Assembly (NCBI RefSeq): GCF_000025505.1
Contig: NC_013849.1
Coordinates: 1,800,001-1,832,000 of the forward strand
DNA length: 32,000 nt
Direction: 5' to 3'
Source: Ferroglobus placidus DSM 10642
GTDB taxonomy: Archaea > Halobacteriota > Archaeoglobi > Archaeoglobales > Archaeoglobaceae
Under the pieces are notes generated by a model, which made no database searches, was not told the origin of the DNA, and saw only the letters and a list, made by a program, of their open reading frames with translations. The position numbers and the translations under genes are program-made. Position 1 is the stretch's first letter, and every line of letters starts with the position of its first letter. This document shows, piece after piece, positions 28,985 through 32,000 of this stretch.

Positions 28985-30346
28985 TTAACGTTTCAGTTGC
29001 AAACCTACTATTTTGTTAAGAAGCTGAATGAATTCTTCTTCCTTACCTCTCGGAATAGTAGCTCCGGCAGCTATGCTGTGTCCTCCTCCACTTCCTCCGA
29101 CTGCCTCAGCTGCCTCTCTTACGGCAGAAGCTAAGTGCACCCCCCTTTCTACGAGCTCCTTCGTCGCTCTTGCTGAAACTTTCACTCCCTCTTCACTGTA
29201 AGCGAAAGCCACTATGGGCTTATTCTTCGAAGCTATCGAATAACTCATCCCGGCAACTATCCCGACGATCGTTTCGGGAATTGCACTTTTTGCGTGGAAG
29301 TACTGAACGAACTCAAGTTCTTCAATCCCCATTTCTTCTACAAGTTTGATCCCGGCGGAGAGGTTTCTTCTATGCTCTTGCAAAAGAGCTCTTGCCTTCC
29401 TGAAGTGCTTATCTCTGTCTCCCAAGCAAACTCTCAATCCAACTTCCTCAAATCCGTATCTTGCGGTTGCGTTAAGAAGAGTCGAGTACTCCATCGCATC
29501 TCTCAGCTCCGTACCTTCCTCTTCCTCAAGAAGAACGTACGTCTCTCCGACGATCTTCTTTATAAGTTCGTAGGAATATCCGGCTTCCATACAAACTCTC
29601 ACTATACCAGACACAACTTTCCTCTTCTCCTCTCTGCTTAAATCGATCCACCTTACCCAGTCTTCTCTCTTTACTTCCACCCCGAGCGAGCTGAGAAACT
29701 CTATCGCTCCTTTCTCGTTTCCGCTAATTCCGGGAAGGTACGGATCGAAAGTGTACTCGAGCATCTTGTAAACCGGTCTCGTCTGTTTTCCGAAGAACCT
29801 AAGATCTTTAATCGCATTCAAGTATCCGTACTTGATAGCTTCCTCGAGCACGAATCTGTTGAGTCCTACGAGCTTAGCCTCCCGGGAATCCTGCAGATCG
29901 CCTACTGCCCCGACTATAGCGAGAGGAGAAAGATCGTAGTTCAAACCGAGGCATCGAGATACGAGATACGTCGTTGTCGAGCCGCTCAAATCGTAGCTAC
30001 CGTCGTATCCGAAATCGTGGGGGTTGAGCTGCCACTTGTAAGTCATTTCCGGAACGTGGTGATCGGAAATTACGAATTCGAGCTTTCTTCTTAGGAGAAG
30101 AGAAATGTTACCGCTTCCCAAATCGGTCAACCATACAAACCTGTTTTCGTCGGCTATCTTCTCAGCAGCTTTCTCATCAAGCTGCTTCAAAAAGATGATC
30201 TTTGCATCTTTGCCAATTCTGCTTAACGTTTCGAAGGCAATGGCTCCGGAAGTTATGCCGTCGGCGTCTATGTGAGTAACAATTAAGAACTCGTCTTCTT
30301 TTTTTATCCTTTCTGAAATCTCGTAAGCTTTTTTTATAAGATCCAC
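28985..30346 (-). CDS. DHH/DHHA1 phosphoesterase, archaeal RecJ-like
   Basis: FLIVTHIDADGITSGAI, VISDHHVP, C-terminal GGSGGGHSIAAGATIP (DHHA1). Confidence 0.9.
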   Translation of the reverse strand: MDLIKKAYEISERIKKEDEFLIVTHIDADGITSGAIAFETLSRIGKDAKIIFLKQLDEKAAEKIADENRFVWLTDLGSGNISLLLRRKLEFVISDHHVPEMTYKWQLNPHDFGYDGSYDLSGSTTTYLVSRCLGLNYDLSPLAIVGAVGDLQDSREAKLVGLNRFVLEEAIKYGYLNAIKDLRFFGKQTRPVYKMLEYTFDPYLPGISGNEKGAIEFLSSLGVEVKREDWVRWIDLSREEKRKVVSGIVRVCMEAGYSYELIKKIVGETYVLLEEEEGTELRDAMEYSTLLNATARYGFEEVGLRVCLGDRDKHFRKARALLQEHRRNLSAGIKLVEEMGIEELEFVQYFHAKSAIPETIVGIVAGMSYSIASKNKPIVAFAYSEEGVKVSARATKELVERGVHLASAVREAAEAVGGSGGGHSIAAGATIPRGKEEEFIQLLNKIVGLQLKR

Positions 30347-30383
30347 AGAAAAGTAGGAGTAAAAAAGAAATTAAGGGTTTTGG

Positions 30384-32000
30384 TTAGAACTCAGCTCCTG
30401 TTTCTCCGCCTTCTTCTCCACTCTTTTCTTTCTCCTTTTCAAGCGCTTTGGCAGCAATGACGTCGTCTATTCTGAGAATCATCGTAGCAACTTCCGTGGC
30501 TGATTTAATAGCCTGCTTCTTAACTCTCAGCGGCTCGAGAACGCCAAGCTCTCTCATGTCCACGACCTTTCCGTTGTAAACGTCTATTCCAGCGTAAACG
30601 TTTCCTTGCTCGTGCTTGGACTTAAGTTCAACTAAGATGTCTATCGGATCAAGTCCGGCATTTTCAGCCAAACTCTTGGGAATGATTTCTAAAGCCGCTG
30701 CAAAGGCTTCAGCTGCTAACTGCTCTCTTCCACCGAGGCTCGGAGCCCACTCCTTGATTCTGAGACTCACTTCGATCTCCGGAGCACCGCCTCCAGCAAC
30801 GACCTTGCCGTCTTCCAACGCTGCAGCCACGACTTTCACCGCGTCCTCTACTCCTCTCGCAATCTCTTCAACCACGTGCTCCGTTCCACCTCTTATTAGG
30901 ATCGTCACAGCCTTCGGATTCTTGCAACCAGTTATGAAGACCATCTTCTCGTCTCCGACCTTCTTCTCCTCTACAAGCTCAGCCTCTCCGAGATCTTCTG
31001 GTTTGAGATCTCTTAAGTCGGTGAGTATTCTCGCTCCACAGGCTTTTGCGATCTTTTCTATGTCGCTCTTCTTAACCCTCCTCACAGCAAGAACTCCAGC
31101 CTTAGCCAAGTAGTACTGGGCTAAGTCGTCGATTCCCTTCTGGCAGAAAACTACGTTAGCTCCAGCTTCGACGATCTTGTCGACCATCTCCTTTATCATC
31201 TTCTCCTCCTGCTCTATGAACCTCTGAAGCATGTCTGGATCAGTGATTCTTATCTTAGCGTCGGTCTCAGTTTCTTTCACTTCTAAAGCGGCGTTTAACA
31301 CAAGTATCTTGGCATTTTTCACCCTCTTCGGCATTCCGGGGTGAACGACTTCTTTATCGATGACGATACCCTCGATGAGCTCCGAATCTTCCACAGACGC
31401 TCCAGTTCTCTTTTCTATTTTTACGTTGTCCGTGTCGACTTCTATCTTTCCGTTAACCTCTTCGGCAACTATTTTAACAGCTCTTACAGCAATGTCAGCT
31501 AACTTGTTTATCGCAACTTCAGCTCCCTTGCCGGTCATTGCAGTAGCCGCTATCTTCTTAAGCAGCTCGTCATCGTCTCTGTTCACTTCTATCGCTATGC
31601 TGTCGAGGATTTCCATTGCCTTTTCCGCAGCGAGTCTGTAACCCTTAGCGATTACCGTCGGGTGTATGTCGGCGTCAAGGAGTTCTTCAGCCTTCTTCAA
31701 CAATTCTCCGGCAATGACCACAGCCGTGGTAGTTCCGTCTCCCACTTCGTTCTCCTGAGTCTTAGCAACTTCGATCACCATCTTTGCTGCTGGATGTTCT
31801 ACGTCCATCTCCTTGAGAATCGTTACTCCGTCGTTGGTAATGACGACATCGCCTAAGCTGTCCACGAGCATCTTGTCCATTCCTCTCGGACCTAACGTGC
31901 TTCTCACAGCTTCAGCTATAACTCTGACAGCCATTATGTTCATCCTCTGCGCATCTCTGCCGACGGTCCTCTGCGTCCCCTCCTTCAGAATCAGTATAGG
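30384..32000 (-). CDS. Thermosome subunit (group II chaperonin), 5'-truncated by the window edge
   Basis: Frame is open to base 32000 and reads [62 protein letters not shown]; the track start (31943) is internal. Confidence 0.96.
   Translation of the reverse strand, partial: PILILKEGTQRTVGRDAQRMNIMAVRVIAEAVRSTLGPRGMDKMLVDSLGDVVITNDGVTILKEMDVEHPAAKMVIEVAKTQENEVGDGTTTAVVIAGELLKKAEELLDADIHPTVIAKGYRLAAEKAMEILDSIAIEVNRDDDELLKKIAATAMTGKGAEVAINKLADIAVRAVKIVAEEVNGKIEVDTDNVKIEKRTGASVEDSELIEGIVIDKEVVHPGMPKRVKNAKILVLNAALEVKETETDAKIRITDPDMLQRFIEQEEKMIKEMVDKIVEAGANVVFCQKGIDDLAQYYLAKAGVLAVRRVKKSDIEKIAKACGARILTDLRDLKPEDLGEAELVEEKKVGDEKMVFITGCKNPKAVTILIRGGTEHVVEEIARGVEDAVKVVAAALEDGKVVAGGGAPEIEVSLRIKEWAPSLGGREQLAAEAFAAALEIIPKSLAENAGLDPIDILVELKSKHEQGNVYAGIDVYNGKVVDMRELGVLEPLRVKKQAIKSATEVATMILRIDDVIAAKALEKEKEKSGEEGGETGAEF

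Noticed and set aside
1-32000. CRISPR arrays, IS elements, transposase or restriction/defence genes
   Set aside because: No regularly spaced repeats, terminal inverted repeats, DDE/Y1 transposase motifs or known defence domains were seen in the sequence or ORF track.

Overview
This window is an archaeal chromosome segment. The gene content (archaeal RFC large subunit, thermosome, Dph2, PEP synthase, DNA gyrase A, a tungsten-type aldehyde ferredoxin oxidoreductase and a 12-heme cytochrome c) suggests Archaeoglobales, possibly Ferroglobus or Geoglobus; the taxon is inference. Most of the window is compact housekeeping DNA: a minus-strand run dapF > TIM-barrel/Dus-like > gyrA > cupin > rfcL; a secreted subtilisin; a purine permease; nicotinamidase; a divergent radical-SAM maturase / AOR locus with a MoaD-like gene and a Cys-rich orphan; proS; a 12-heme membrane-anchored cytochrome; ppsA > hpt > dph2; serA; an RND/HAE3 transporter with a CARDB/NEW3-type surface protein and divergent TrmB-like regulator; a DHH phosphoesterase; and a thermosome gene running off the right edge. 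The most accessory-looking part is about 7.4-9.2 kb, next to a tRNA-Gln(UUG). It has an orphan winged-helix gene, a LEA14-like protein, a ribbon-helix-helix-like reading frame broken by two in-frame stops, a GTG-started 48-aa Cys-rich microprotein, and a frameshifted CPC...CPIC fragment. I see no CRISPR array, transposase, or clear-cut novel defence-like system. The leads below are modest and testable.
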